64,000 nt of DNA from Eledone cirrhosa (lineage: Eukaryota), in contig OZ024742.1 in the NCBI GenBank assembly GCA_964016885.1, positions 160,022,001 to 160,086,000 of the forward strand, in the 5' to 3' direction. The notes below the pieces were generated by a model. It was not told where the DNA came from. It did no database searches and saw only the letters and a program-made list of their open reading frames with translations. Positions within the stretch are counted from its first letter, which is position 1. Every line of letters begins with the position of its first letter. Positions 50,244 through 64,000 of the stretch are shown one piece after another. The translations under genes were made by a program, and so were the position numbers.

Positions 50244-51539
50244 ATCTTGCTGCGATTAACCTTTACAATGGTCAGTAATTCTTAAAATATTCTTCAAATA
50301 CTACACAGTAATGGGAGAAAACAACAAATTGACAGCTTGAACAATCTCTAAGAATTCTTTGTTTGAACAACATTATTGGATGTCAAAAATCATAACACTT
50401 GGCAATAGTTGCAGAATTATTGATATTTAAATAATTTATGTATATATTTACATATTTGAATAAGTGTCATATCGAAAGGAATTTTTGTCAAAGCATGTTA
50501 CTATTAGTATCAGAGAGACAATAATAATATATTATTGAGTCTAAAATCATCAAATATGTAACCACATAATCTATCTCTACTCAGTGTGGTGATTTGCTTG
50601 TAAAGAAAGTCTTCCTACATGGGGAGATGGGGATCGCCTTAATTTGTTACTCAGTTTGACACCTTTTCTTAAGGTGTCTTTATCAGAATTTACTCTGTAA
50701 GCCCAGGTTTCCAGTTGGAAGATACTTTCCTCCATTTCTCCCACCAGTTTTCAAGACCCTGAAAATAAAAGGAAGGTCACATTGAGCAATGTTTTCATAG
50801 ATATACAAAAACACTGGATAGTTTTTGCTGGAATGTCTTTGATCATAGGTTTGCTTGATCATGGTGAATAAACAACAGTTATTTAATTGTTAACATCCTA
50901 TAATGATTTCATAGAAAATATTTTTAAATGTGTTTGTTACTTCAAATTTTTATAGTATCTTTACTTATAGACAAATTGTTGTGAAAATTTATTTAATTCC
51001 TAACGTCCCATACCACTTGATGCTACATTAACAAGACATTTTTGAAAAATATGAAACAGCACTATGACTGCATCACTTTAAAAATTAAAGACTTTACTTT
51101 AGTTAACTACAAATTTTTACGATTTGTCCACTAGTAAAGATACTGTAAATAAGTATTTGAATTAACAAACCCATTTTTATATATTTTTTACTAAATCATT
51201 ACAGGATGTTAGAGTTAAGTAGAAACTTTAATTTTTAATGCGATGCAGTCACAGGACTGTTTCATACTTTTCTAGAATGTCTTGCATATGCAGTTTCGTG
51301 TGGTACAATATGTTAAAACTTAATGCTATCATCATTCATCATCATCATCATCATCATCATTTCATTTTACGTCCGCTTTTCCCTACTTGCAAGGGTGGGA
51401 TAGGAACTGATTCTCGCTTGATTTCTACAGTTGGATGCCCTTCCTAACACCAACCTCATTTACAGTGAGTGCTGTGTGCTTTTTTGCCGTGGCACCTCCA
51501 CGACCACTTTGCAGTGGAATGATAGGGACCCCAGTCCCT

Positions 51540-51690
51540 ATCATCTCATTTCTACAGCTGAGTAAACTGGAGCAATGTGAAATAAAGTGTCTTGCTCAAG
51601 GAGACAACACATCACCCAGTCTGAGAATTGAACTCACAACCTTTCGATTGCAAGGCCAATGCTCTAACCACTAAGCCATGTGCCTCCATA
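51540..51690 (-). mobile_element. tRNA-derived SINE (second family)
   Basis: Reverse complement reads tggcttagtggttagagc...gagttcaattc...cttgagcaagacact. Confidence 0.7.
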
Positions 51691-52249
51691 CATCACATTT
51701 TATAAAAGAACAAAGTTACTCATAATTTTCTATTTTCTTACATTTTTTATATTCTGGTGGTTCCCAAACTTATTTTGTCATGGAGCCTTTTACAAAAATT
51801 TTCTTTCATATCTTGCATATATTTATTTCAATGTTTTATCAAATAAATATTCTCTTTGTACATTTATATCAATGTATGTCCTGAATTTCACCTCTCTCAA
51901 TCTAAATCTTTACATCTGTATGTAAATTTGAGCAAATTCCATCCGTCCTTTGGTCTCACACTAAAGATGACTGAGGAAGGAAGGGGTGATGACAAACTCC
52001 ATAAAACAGTGTCTAACATTCACTGATGCAGGCTGCTACCACTGTTGTTATGACTACTCCTCTCTATTTACGCCTGATGCAGGCTGCTACCACCCATATA
52101 CACATATGCGTCAGCGTGTTGAAAAAAATCCTAGCTCATGAAAATTAGATGACTAGGTATGTTAGAAAACATCTGTGTGTGTGCCTAAGTACCAAGGCAA
52201 GCTGCACTATAAGCAATTAAGCAGTTAATGTGTTGAATACATTGTATAC

Positions 52250-52760
52250 CTCAGTAGTATCAGTAAAGAAATCAAATGATGAATACATAAAGTAAACCTG
52301 GCATGAAAGGAAAGTTCAAGAAATTCTACCCAAATTGTTGTTTACAAGGCTGTGGTAGTCCCAATCCTACGGCAGTGAGGCATGGATGATTTGTCACAAC
52401 CACTTCAGCTAAAGTCCTTCCACTTAAAATCACTATCAGATACTTAATCTTAGTTTGCAAGATAGTGCATCAAACTTAGAAGTCTTTGTACATGCCACAA
52501 TCAATAGTATGGAAGTAATCTTCACCAAGTTAAATTTATGCTGGATGGGACAAGCTGTTAAGATGGCTGACAATAGGCTGCCCAAAGACAATCTCTATGT
52601 TGAGTTTTCATGGGGAATAAAAGTTCAAAGCAGGGAGAAAATGTTATTCAAATGATCTTCAACAGACTCTGAAACACTGCAAAATCCCATTGTCCAACTG
52701 GAAAGATGCAGCAATGGACCAGCACGACTAGCGCTTTCTTACAACCCTGTGTTTCTTTGA
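52250..52760 (+). mobile_element. Old RTE/BovB-type LINE 3' remnant
   Basis: WMGQAVKMADNRLPKDNLYVEFSWG resembles RWAGHVxRMxDxRLPKxxLYGEL. Confidence 0.65.
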
Positions 52761-53380
52761 GCTGTCCAAGTGTCACACTGACCAGGTCACTGTAAGCAGA
52801 GACTGGCGCTGTGTCTCTCTGAGCTGTCCAAGCTACACTTTGACCAGGTCACTGTGAGCAGAGACTGGTGCTGTCTTACCACTGTGTGTCTCCCTGAGCT
52901 GTCCAAGTGTCACTCTGACCAAATCACTCACTGTGACCAGAGACTGGTGTTGTCTAACCAAACAGTGTCACTTTGACCAGGTCACTGTGAGCAGAGACTG
53001 GTGCTGTCTTACCACTGTGTGTCTCCCTGAGCTGTCCAAGTGTCACTCTGACAAGGTCACAGTGACTAGAGACTGGTGCTGTCTTACCACACTGTGTCTC
53101 CCTGAGCTGTCCAAGTGTCATTCTGACCAGGTCACTGTGACCAGAGACTGGTGCTGTCTTACCACACTGTGTCTGCCTGAGCTGTCCAAGTGTCACTTTC
53201 ACCAAATCACTGTGACCAGAGACTGGTGCTGTCTTGCCATACTGTGTCTGCCTGAGCTGTCCAAGCTACTCTTTGACCAGGTCATGGTGACCAGAGACTG
53301 GTGCTGTCTGACCACTCTGTATCTTCCTGAGCTGTCCAACTGTCACTTTGACTAAGTCACTGTGACCAGAGACTGGTACG
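52750..53380 (+). repeat. 75-bp minisatellite (about 9 units)
   Basis: gagctgtccaag at 53029, 53104, 53179 and 53254. Confidence 0.9.
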
Positions 53381-53750
53381 GTATTACCCCATTTGGTAGT
53401 CGCAATGGCAACCATTTGGCTCACTAGTGCTGTGTATGTACAATGTCTTCAGTGAAGTCCATTTCTTCCTGCTGACACAGTTTGGAGGAAGGTTGGAGCT
53501 TTTCTAGACTAAGTGACTCAGAGTACAAGGCTACTGTTTCAATATGTCGCTAGTTTGTCACAGGGTTAATCAGCAGCTGCTGCTACCAGTATTTATTTTC
53601 AGCTGAGTAAACTGGAGCAATGAAAAGTGAAGTGCAATGCTCTAGGACCTAATGCCACGTTAGGTCAAGGTATTAAACAGATTGTATCTGTAATTCAAAA
53701 GTCCATCAAATTTTGTCATTTTGAGTAATGGCTTAGGAATAACGTTAAGG

Positions 53751-53945
53751 CAGACCTGCTAATCTCTAAAAACACAAACGGGGAATATCATGAAAAAAAG
53801 CGCCCCAAAACGGGGAGAAATGAGACAAAATGGGGAGATTTTACATAATGAAAGCTACACCCATTTTCACAAGAGAAGACATCTCTCACCCACCCCAAAG
53901 TGGGTGGGATTTCTCCCCATCGGACGGGGAGAGTTGACAGGTCTG
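53751..53945. mobile_element. hAT-type MITE
   Basis: CAGACCTG..A.TCTC / GAGAGTTGACAGGTCTG ends. TSD is degenerate. Confidence 0.6.
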
Positions 53946-54433
53946 GTTTAGGGTACACGTGCCTGTGAAATGCTCAACTACTTACATGTTAATTCACGGG
54001 GTGGAATGCTTATCGTTGAAACCGACGGAGGATGCTGCATCGTCATCATCATCATCATCACAATGCCAACTAAATCTTCCAGTGCAAAGTTGAACAAAAA
54101 ACATTTAGTGAAGTATGTATTTCAAAACGGTGTTACAGAGCAGCAGGCATATAGAGAAAAGAAGTAACGTGTGTGTGTGTGCGTGTGGTTATATTTGACT
54201 TTGAGCAGTAAAACGATGTTGTTCTTATAGTCATGTTTATTTATATTAATCTACGATTGTTTTGAAAACATTTCACTCACTAGAGATTCCGTGTCGATGA
54301 CAGAGAATCTATTTATTGTTTTCTTCAATATGTTTCCTACCTAATTCGTTCGTCATTCAATTTATGACCTCGTTTCAAGCGTCCTAACAAAGAGATGAGA
54401 TTTTTTTTCTTTTGTTTATTTATAGGCGGCGAA

Positions 54434-54523
<90 letters not shown>

Positions 54524-54649
54524 GTATTACAAGGAATTTCTGCCCGACGGCTGAGCTCTTGCTGTTTCGACAGTGAATGGGTGAAATTTTGTGAGTCCAG
54601 CGCCGTTCGTTTGTTCTTACCCACAGGCGTGCTGAACCCCAGGTGTATG

Positions 54650-54870
54650 CCGCCTAATGCTCCCAGTGGACAGAATAGAGAAAGAGTTTCTCTTGGGGAT
54701 ATAGGTAGGGGAAGACGCTAAAGAAATAATTACAACTCGCAGGGCTCATTCTTGCTTGTGACCCACGCTGGCGCTCGATAGCAGCATGTAGGGTGGCATT
54801 ACGGAGATACAGAATGCCAAATGTCTCCACCACTGTGGGGTATAACGACAAACCTATCGGAGAGAAGTTT
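54650..54870 (-). mobile_element. Old CRE-like 3' remnant
   Basis: DRFVV..VVETFG..FFS/QR is homologous to 48350-48530. Confidence 0.55.
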
Positions 54871-54994
54871 TAGCATTTCAGCTGTCTTCTACATAACGTT
54901 ATTGTCTCTAGGTGTTACTGAGTCATTAAACTGGTGCACAGCTGTCATTTCTGTCATAGAAAATGGTGTGCTACCTGGTGATCTATCTTTAAGC

Positions 54995-55267
54995 CAGTGG
55001 TCCCGAACGTGGGGGTCTGAGGCTCCAGGGAGTGCACCATAGTAGTGCTGGAGGTTCATGAGCTAAGTCGAAAATTTCAAGTATTTTGTTATATGCACAT
55101 GCTATTGGATATCAATTATTAAGGTATAAACATTTCGTTCTTTTGTTTGTTCTTCTCACTGTCTAACAAACTGTATGGGAAGTGGGGAATTGTAACGCGG
55201 TGGGGGTCATGAGAACATTTATTAAAGTAAAAGGAGTCCTTCGTAGTGAAAAGTTTCGGGACTACTG
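54995..55267. mobile_element. hAT (Charlie-like) MITE inserted in the first satellite unit
   Basis: CAGTGGTCCCGAA / TTCGGGACTACTG ends. TSD ctttaagc/ctttaatc. Confidence 0.8.
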
Positions 55268-58200
55268 CTTTAATCTAAAGAAACAGCATGCTATCTGGCA
55301 GTCTGTCTCTAATGTCAGTAAACAATGTCATCTGGTGGTCTGTCTTTAATCTAAAGACACGGTGTCATCTAGCGGTCCGTCTTTAATCTAAAGACACTAT
55401 GTCATCTGGTGGTCTGTTTTAATCAAAAGACACTGTGTTATCTGGTGGTCTGTCTTTAATCTAAAGACACTGAGTCATCTGGTGGTCTATTTTAATCTAA
55501 AGACACTGTGTCATCTGGTGGCTTTAATATAAAAACACTGTGTCATATGGTGGTCTGTTTTGAATCTAAAGACACTGTGTCATCTGGTAGTCTATCTTTA
55601 ATCTAAGACACTATGTAACTGGTGGTCTGTCCTTAATCTAAAGACACTGTATCAGCTGGTGGTCTTTCTTTAATCTAAAGACACTGTGTCATCTGGTGGC
55701 TTGTCTTTAATCTAAAGACTCTGTGTTATCTAGTAGTCTGTCTTTAATCAAAAGACACTGTCATCTGGTGGTCTGTTTATATCTAAAGACACTGTGTCAT
55801 CTGGTGGCTTAAATGTAAAGACACTGTGTCATCTGGTAGTCTATATTTAATCTAAAGACACCGTGTCATCTGATAGTCTGTCTTTAATCTAAAGACACCG
55901 TGTCATCTGGTGGTCTGTCTTTAATCTAAAGACACTGTCATCTGGTGGTCTGTCTTTAATCTAAAGACACTGTGTCAGCTGGTGGTCTGTCTTTAATCTA
56001 AAGACACTGTGTCATCTAGCGGTCTGTCTTTAATCTAAAGACAGTGTCATCTGGCGGTCTGTCTTTAATATACAGACACTGTGTCATCTAGCGGTCTGTC
56101 TTTACTTTAAAGACACTGTGTCTTCTCGGTTTCTCTCTTAAATCTAAAGACACTGTGTCATCTGGTGGTCTGTCTTTAATCTAAAGACACTGTGTCATCT
56201 GTAGTCTGTCTTTAATATAAATACACTGTGTCATCTAGTGGTCTGTCATTAATCTAAAGACACTATGTCATCTGGTGGTCTGTTTTAATCTAAAGAAGCT
56301 CTGTCATCTGGTGGCTTTAAGGTAAAGACACTGTGTCATCTGGTAGTCTGTCTTTAATCTAAAGACACTGTGCCATCTGGTAGTCTATCATTAATATAAA
56401 GACATTGTGTCATCTGGTAGTATCTCTTTAATCTAAAGACACTGTGTCATATGGTGGTCTGTCCTTAATCTAAAGATACAATGTGTCATCTGGTGTTCTG
56501 TATTTAATCCAAAGACACGACGCGTCATCAGTTCTGTTTTAATCTAAAGACACTGTGCCATCTGGCAGTCTGTCTTTAATCTAAAGATACTGTGTCATCT
56601 GGTAGCCTGTCTTTAATCTAAAGATACTGTGTCATCTGGTAGCCTCTTTAATCTAAAGACAAAGTGTCATCCGGTGGTCTGTCTTTAATCCAAAGACACT
56701 GTGTCATCTGGTGGTCTGTATTTAATCTAAAGATACTGTGTCATCTGGTGGTCTGTCTTTAATCTAAAGACACTGTGTCATCTGGTGGTCTGTATTTAAT
56801 CTAAAGATACTGTGTCATCTGGTGGTCTGTCTTTAATCTAAAGACACTGTGTCATCTGGTGGTCTGTATTTAATCTAAAGACACTGTGTCATCTGGTGGT
56901 CTGTCTTTAATCTAAAGACACTGTGTCATCTGGTAGTCTCTCTTTAATCTAAAGACATTGTGTCATCTGGTAGTCTGTCTTTAATCTAAAGACATTGTGT
57001 CATCTGGTGGTCTGTCTTTAATCTAAAGACACGATGTGTCATCTTGTGCTCTGTTTTTTATCTGAAAATACTGTGTCATCTGGTGGTCTGTCTTTAATCT
57101 AAAGACACTGTGTCATCTGGACGTCTGTCATTAATCTAAAGACACTATGTGTCATCTGGTAGCCTGTCTTTAATCTAAAGACACTGTGTCATCCGGTGGT
57201 CTATCTTTAATCCAAATACACGATGTGTTATCTGTTGGTCTGTCTTTAATCTAAAGACACTGTGTCATCTGGTAGTCTCTCTTTACTCTAAAGACATTGT
57301 GTCATCTGGTGGTCTGTCTTTAATCTAGAGACACTGTCATCTGGTTGTCTGTCTTTAATCAAGAGACACTGTGTCATCTGGTTGTCTGTCTTTAATCTAA
57401 AGACACTGTTTCATCTGGTGGTCTGTCTTTAATCTAGAGACACTGTGTCATCTGGTGGTCTGTCTTCAATCTAGAGACACTGTTTCATCTGGTAGTCTGC
57501 CTTTAATCTAAAGACACTGTGCATCTAGTGGTCTATTTTTAATCTAAAGACATTGTGTCATCTGGTAGTATCTCTTCAATCTAACGACACTGTGTCATCT
57601 GGTAGTCTGTCTTTAATCTAAAGACACGATGTGTCATCAGGTAGTCGGTCTTTAATCTAAAGACACTGTGAGATCTGGTGGTCAGTCTTTAATTTAAACA
57701 CTGTGTCATCTGGTAGTCTTTAATATAAAGCCACTGTGTCATCTGGTGATCTATCTTTAATCTAAGGACACTGTGTCATCTGGCGGTCTCTCATTAATCT
57801 AAAGACACTATGTGTCATCTGGTAGCCTGTCTTTAATCTAAAGACACTGTGTCATATGGCGTCTGTCTTTAATCTAAAGACACTGTATCATCTGGTGGTC
57901 TGTCATTATCTAAAGGTACAATATGTCATCTGATAGTATGTCTTTAATCTAAAGATACTGTGTCATCTGGTAGCCTGTCTTTAATCTAAAGACAATGTGT
58001 CATCTGGTGTTCTGTCTTTAATCTAAAGACACTGTGTCATCTGGTGGTCTGTCTTTAATCTAATGACACTGTGTCATATGGCGGTCTGTCATTAATCTAA
58101 AGACACGATGTGTCATCTGGTAGTCTTTAATATAAAGACACTGTGTCATCTGGTTGTCTGTCTTTAATATAAAGACACTGTGTCAACTGGTGGTCTGTCT

Positions 58201-58961
58201 TTAATCTAAAGACACTGTGTCATCTGGCGGTATGTGTCATCTGGTAGCCTGTCTTTAATCTAAAGACACTTTGTCATACGGTGGTCTGTCCTTAATCTAA
58301 AGATACTGTGTCATCTGGTAGTTTATCTTTAATCGAAAGACACTGTGTCATCTCGTGGTCTGTCTTTAATCTAAAGACACTGTGTCATCTGGTAGTATCA
58401 CCTTAATCTAAAGACACTGTGTCATCTGGTAGTATCACCTTAATCTAAAGACACTGTGTCATCTGGTAGTATCACCTTAATCTAAAGACACTGTGCCATC
58501 TGGTAGTCTCTCTTTAATCTAAAGACATTGTGTCATCTGGTAGTCTGCTTTAATCTAAAGACACTGTGTCATATGGCGTCTGTCTTTAATCTAAATACAC
58601 TATTTCATCCAGTGGTCTGTAATTATCTAAAGATACAATATGTCATCTGATAGTATGTCTTTAATCTTAAGACACTGTGTCATCTGGTGGTCTGTCTTTA
58701 ATCTAAAGATACTGTCATCTGGTAGTCTATCTTTAACCAAAAGACATTGTGTCATCTTGTGGTCTGTCTTTTATCTGAAAGTACTGTGTCATCTGGTTGT
58801 CTGTCTTTAATCTAAAGACACTGTGAGATCTGGTGGTCTGTCTTTAATCTAGAGACACTGTGTCATCTGGTTGTCTGTCTTTAATCTAAAGACACTGTGT
58901 CAACTGGTGCTCTGTCTTTAATCTAAAGACACTGTGTCATCTGACGGTCTGTCATTAATTT

Positions 58962-59348
58962 CAGTGGATTGGCAGTATCGGTAGAGGGTCGGACGCCATG
59001 CTTTGATGCATAGAGTTACGGCCCTTGCCATTCTGAGTTCAAATCCCGCCGAGGTTAACTTTGCCTTTCATCCTTATGGGGTCGATAAAATAAAGTACCA
59101 GTAATACACTGGATAATTGCTGGCCTTGTGCCAAAAGTAGAAACAATTAATTTAAAGACACGGGCGGTGGATTGGCAGTATCAGTAGAGGGTCGGACGCC
59201 ATGCTTTCCAGCATAGTTACGTCCCTTTACGATCTGAGTTCAAATCCCGCCGAGGTTGACTTTGCCTTTCATCCTTACGGGGTCGATAAAATAAAGTACC
59301 AGTAATGCACTGGGTAATTGCTGGCCTTGTGCCTAAAGTAGAAACAAT
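58962..59348 (+). mobile_element. Two tandem tRNA-derived SINEs inserted in the satellite
   Basis: Copies at 58962-59146 and 59162-59346. The second is flanked by TSD ttaatttaaagacac. Confidence 0.92.
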
Positions 59349-62289
59349 TAATTTAAAGACACTATGTGTCATCTGGTGGTCTGTCTTTAATCTAAAGACA
59401 ATGTGTCATCCGGTGGTCTGTCCTTAATCTAAAGATAAAATATGTCATCTGGTGGTCTGTTATTAATCTAAAGACACGATGTGTCATCTAGTAGTCTTTT
59501 ATATAAAGACACTGTGTCATCTGGTTGTCTGTCTTTAATCTAAAACACTGTGTCATCTGGTGGATGTCTTTAATCTAAAGACACTGTGTCACATGGCGGT
59601 CTGACTTTAATCTATAGACACTGTGTCATCCGGTGGTCTGTCATTATCTAAAGATACAATATGTCATCTGATAATATGTCTTTAATCTAAAGACACCGTG
59701 TCATCTGGTGGTCTATCTTTAATCTAAAGACACTGTGTCCTCTGGTAGTCTGTCTTTAATCTAAAGACATTGTGTCATCTGTTGGTCTATCTTTAACCGA
59801 AAGACACTGTGTCATCTTGTGGTCTGTCTTTAATCTAAAGATAGTCTGTCAGCTGGTAGAATTTCCTTAATCTAAAGACACTGTGTCATCTGGTAGTCTC
59901 TCTTTAATTTAATGACACTCTGTCATCTGGTAGTCTTTAATCTAAAGACATATGTCATCTGATCGTCTGCCTTTAAGCTAAAGAAAAAATGTGTCATCTG
60001 GTAGACTGTCTTTAATCTAAAGACACTGTGTCATCTGGTGGTCTGTCTTTAATTTAAAGACACTGTCTCATCTGGTGGTCTGTCTTTAATTTAAAGACAC
60101 TGTCTCATCTGGTGGTATGTCATTAATCTAAAGACGATCTGTCATGTACTGGTCTGTCTTTAATCTAAAGACACTGTCTCATCCGGTGGTGTGTCTTTAA
60201 TCTAAAGACGCGATGTGTCATCTGGTAGTCTTTTATATGAAGAAGCTTGGTCATCTGGTTGTCTGACTTTAACTTTAATCTAAAGATACTGTGTCATCTG
60301 GTGATCTCTCTTTAATCTAAAGACACTGTGTCATATGATGGTCTGTCTTTAATCTAAAGACACTGTGTCATCCGGTGGTCTTTCATTATCTAAAGATACA
60401 ATATGTGATCTGATAGTGTGTCTTAAATCTAAAGATACTGTGTCATCTGGTAGCCTGTCTTTAATCTAAAGATAAAGTGTCATCCGGTGGTCTGTCTTTA
60501 ATCCAAAGACACTGTGTCATCTGGTGGTCTGTATTTAATCTAAAGATACTGTGTCATCTGGTAGTCTGTCTTTAATCTAGAGACACTGTCATCTGGTTGT
60601 CTGTCTTTAATCAAGAGACACTGTGTCATCTGGTTGTCTGTCTTTAATCTAAAGACACTGTTTCATCTGGTGGTCTGTCTTTAATCTAGAGACACTGTGT
60701 CATCTGGTGGTCTGTCTTCAATCTAGAGACACTGTTTCATCTGGTAGTCTGCCTTTAATCTAAAGACACTGTGCATCTAGTGGTCTATCTTTAATCTAAA
60801 GACATTGTGTCATCTGGTAGTATCTCTTCAATCTAACGACACTGTGTCATCTGGTAGTCTGTCTTTAATCTAAAGACACTGTGCCATCTGGTGTTCTGTC
60901 TTAAATCTAAAGACACGATGTGTCATCAGGTAGTCGGTCTTTAATCTAAAGACACTGTGAGATCTGGTGGTCAGTCTTTAATTTAAACACTGTGTCATCT
61001 GGTAGTCTTTAATATAAAGCCACTGTGTCATCTGGTGATCTATCTTTAATCTAAGGACACTGTGTCATCTGGCGGTCTCTCATTAATCTAAAGACACTAT
61101 GTGTCATCTGGTAGCCTGTCTTTAATCTAAAGACACTGTGTCATATGGCGTCTGTCTTTAATCTAAAGACACTGTATCATCTGGTGGTCTGTCATTATCT
61201 AAAGGTACAATATGTCATCTGATAGTATGTCTTTAATCTAAAGATACTGTGTCATCTGGTAGCCTGTCTTTAATCTAAAGACAATGTGTCATCTGGTGTT
61301 CTGTCTTTAATCTAAAGACACTGTGTCATCTGGTGGTCTGTCTTTAATCTAATGACACTGTGTCATATGGCGGTCTGTCATTAATCTAAAGACACGATGT
61401 GTCATCTGGTAGTCTTTAATATAAAGACACTGTGTCATCTGGTTGTCTGTCTTTAATATAAAGACACTGTGTCATCTGGCGGTATGTGTCATCTGGTAGC
61501 CTGTCTTCAATCTAAAGACACTTTGTCATACGGTGGTCTGTCCTTAATCTAAAGATACTGTGTCATCTGGTAGTTTATCTTTAATCGAAAGACACTGTGT
61601 CATCTCGTGGTCTGTCTTTAATCTAAAGACACTGTGTCATCTGGTAGTATCACCTTAATCTAAAGACACTGTGTCATCTGGTAGTATCACCTTAATCTAA
61701 AGACACTGTGTCATCTGGTAGTATCACCTTAATCTAAAGACACTGTGTCATCTGGTAGTCTCTCTTTAATCTAAAGACATTGTGTCATCTGGTAGTCTGC
61801 TTTAATCTAAAGACACTGTGTCATATGGCGTCTGTCTTTAATCTAAATACACTATTTCATCCAGTGGTCTGTAATTATCTAAAGATACAATATGTCATCT
61901 GATAGTATGTCTTTAATCTTAAGACACTGTGTCATCTGGTGGTCCGTCTTTAATCTAAAGATACTGTGTCATCTGGTAGTCTATCTTTAACCAAAAGACA
62001 TTGTGTCATCTTGTGGTCTGTCTTTTATCTGAAAATACTGTGTGATCTGGTGGTCTGTCTTTAATCTAGATACACTGTGTCATCTGGTTGTCTGTCTTTA
62101 ATCAAGAGACACTGTGAGATCTGGTTGTCTGTCTTTAATCTAAAGACACTGTTTCATCTGGTGGTCTGTCTTTAATCTAGAGACACTGTGTCATCTGGTT
62201 GTCTGTCTTTAATCTAAAGACACTGTGTCAACTGGTGCTCTGTCTTTAATCTAAAGACACTGTGTCATCTGACGGTCTGTCATTAATTT

Positions 62290-62676
62290 CAGTGGATTGG
62301 CAGTATCGGTAGAGGGTCGGACGCCATGCTTTGACGCATAGAGTTACGGCCCTTGCCATTCTGAGTTCAAATCCCGCCGAGGTTAACTTTGCTTTCATCC
62401 TTATGGCGTCGATAAAATAAAGTACCAGTAATACACTGGATAATTGCTGGCCTTGTGCCAAAAGTAGAAACAATTAATTTAAAGACACGGGCGGTGGATT
62501 GGCAGTATCAGTAGAGGGTCGGACGCCATGCTTTCCAGCATAGTTACGTCCCTTTACGATCTGAGTTCAAATCCCGCCGAGGTTGACTTTGCCTTTCATC
62601 CTTACGGGGTCGATAAAATAAAGTACCAGTAATGCACTGGGTAATTGCTGGCCTTGTGCCTAAAGTAGAAACAATT
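62290..62676 (+). mobile_element. Duplicate of the SINE pair (higher-order repeat, +3328 bp)
   Basis: Same junctions and flanking satellite variants as 58962-59348. Confidence 0.92.
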
Positions 62677-64000
62677 AATTTAAAGACACTATGTGTCATC
62701 TGGTGGTCTGTCTTTAATCTAAAGACAATGTGTCATCCGGTGGTCTGTCCTTAATCTAAAGATAAAATATGTCATCTGGTGGTCTGTTATTAATCTAAAG
62801 ACACGATGTGTCATCTAGTAGTCTTTTATATAAAGACACTGTGTCATCTGGTTGTCTGTCTTTAATCTAAAACACTGTGTCATCTGGTGGATGTCTTTAA
62901 TCTAAAGACACTGTGTCACATGGCGGTCTGACTTTAATCTATAGACACTGTGTCATCCGGTGGTCTGTCATTATCTAAAGATACAATATGTCATCTGATA
63001 ATATGTCTTTAATCTAAAGACACCGTGTCATCTGGTGGTCTATCTTTAATCTAAAGACACTGTGTCCTCTGGTAGTCTGTCTTTAATCTAAAGACATTGT
63101 GTCATCTGTTGGTCTATCTTTAACCGAAAGACACTGTGTCATCTTGTGGTCTGTCTTTAATCTAAAGATAGTCTGTCAGCTGGTAGAATTTCCTTAATCT
63201 AAAGACACTGTGTCATCTGGTAGTCTCTCTTTAATTTAATGACACTCTGTCATCTGGTAGTCTTTAATCTAAAGACATATGTCATCTGATCGTCTGCCTT
63301 TAAGCTAAAGAAAAAATGTGTCATCTGGTAGTCTGTCTTTAATCTAAAGACACTGTGTCATCTGGTGGTCTGTCTTTAATTTAAAGACACTGTCTCATCT
63401 GGTGGTCTGTCTTTAATTTAAAGACACTGTCTCATCTGGTGGTATGTCATTAATCTAAAGACGATCTGTCATGTACTGGTCTGTCTTTAATCTAAAGACA
63501 CTGTCTCATCCGGTGGTGTGTCTTTAATCTAAAGACGCGATGTGTCATCTGGTAGTCTTTTATATGAAGAAGCTTGGTCATCTGGTTGTCTGACTTTAAC
63601 TTTAATCTAAAGATACTGTGTCATCTGGTGATCTCTCTTTAATCTAAAGACACTGTGTCATATGGTGGTCTGTCTTTAATCTAAAGACACTGTGTCATCC
63701 GGTGGTCTTTCATTATCTAAAGATACAATATGTGATCTGATAGTGTGTCTTAAATCTAAAGATACTGTGTCATCTGGTAGCCTGTCTTTAATCTAAAGAT
63801 AAAGTGTCATCCGGTGGTCTGTCTTTAATCCAAAGACACTGTGTCATCTGGTGGTCTGTATTTAATCTAAAGATACTGTGTCATCTGGTGGTCTTTCTTT
63901 AATCTAAAGACACTGTGTCATCTGTTGGTCTGTATTTAATCTAAAGATACTGTGTCATCTGGTAGTCTGTCTTTAATCTAAAGACATTGTGTCATCTGGT

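Larger units (their letters stand above)
55268..64000. repeat. 37-bp tandem satellite running off the window end
   Basis: Consensus TTTAATCTAAAGACACTGTGTCATCTGGTGGTCTGTC, period 37 (56761 vs 56798). Confidence 0.98.

Noticed and set aside
55268-64000. CRISPR-like array (37-bp partially palindromic repeats)
   Set aside because: Units are contiguous with no unique spacers, there are no cas genes, and the context is eukaryotic. It is a satellite.

Overview
AT-rich, repeat-saturated animal genomic DNA. The microsatellites, SINE families and RTE type suggest a mollusc, probably an octopod cephalopod (inference). One host gene is recoverable on the + strand although the ORF track misses it. Six GT-AG, phase-compatible exons (602-752, 4209-4328, 40816-40946, 43717-43848, 48862-48936, 49934-50005) splice into the C-terminal ~225 aa of a protein-kinase fold whose catalytic motifs are replaced (HRD->FLA, DFG->NFH), i.e. 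a pseudokinase. Its ~36.5-kb intron (4329-40815) holds an L1/Tx1 remnant, a Penelope-like (Naiad-type) RT+GIY-YIG element arranged as a ~6-kb inverted repeat, tandem RTE LINEs (one with an intact 1006-aa ORF), MITEs and SINEs. It also holds at least seven recognisable type I hammerhead ribozyme folds, including a 310-bp tandem/inverted retrozyme-like array (32991-34211) and a diverged relative with compensatory stem changes (39477-39806). A PHD-bearing CRE-like retrotransposon sits inside a piggyBac-type MITE in a later intron. The last ~9 kb is a 37-bp satellite with a 3328-bp higher-order duplication that carries SINE pairs. All calls were made by eye, with no database searches.
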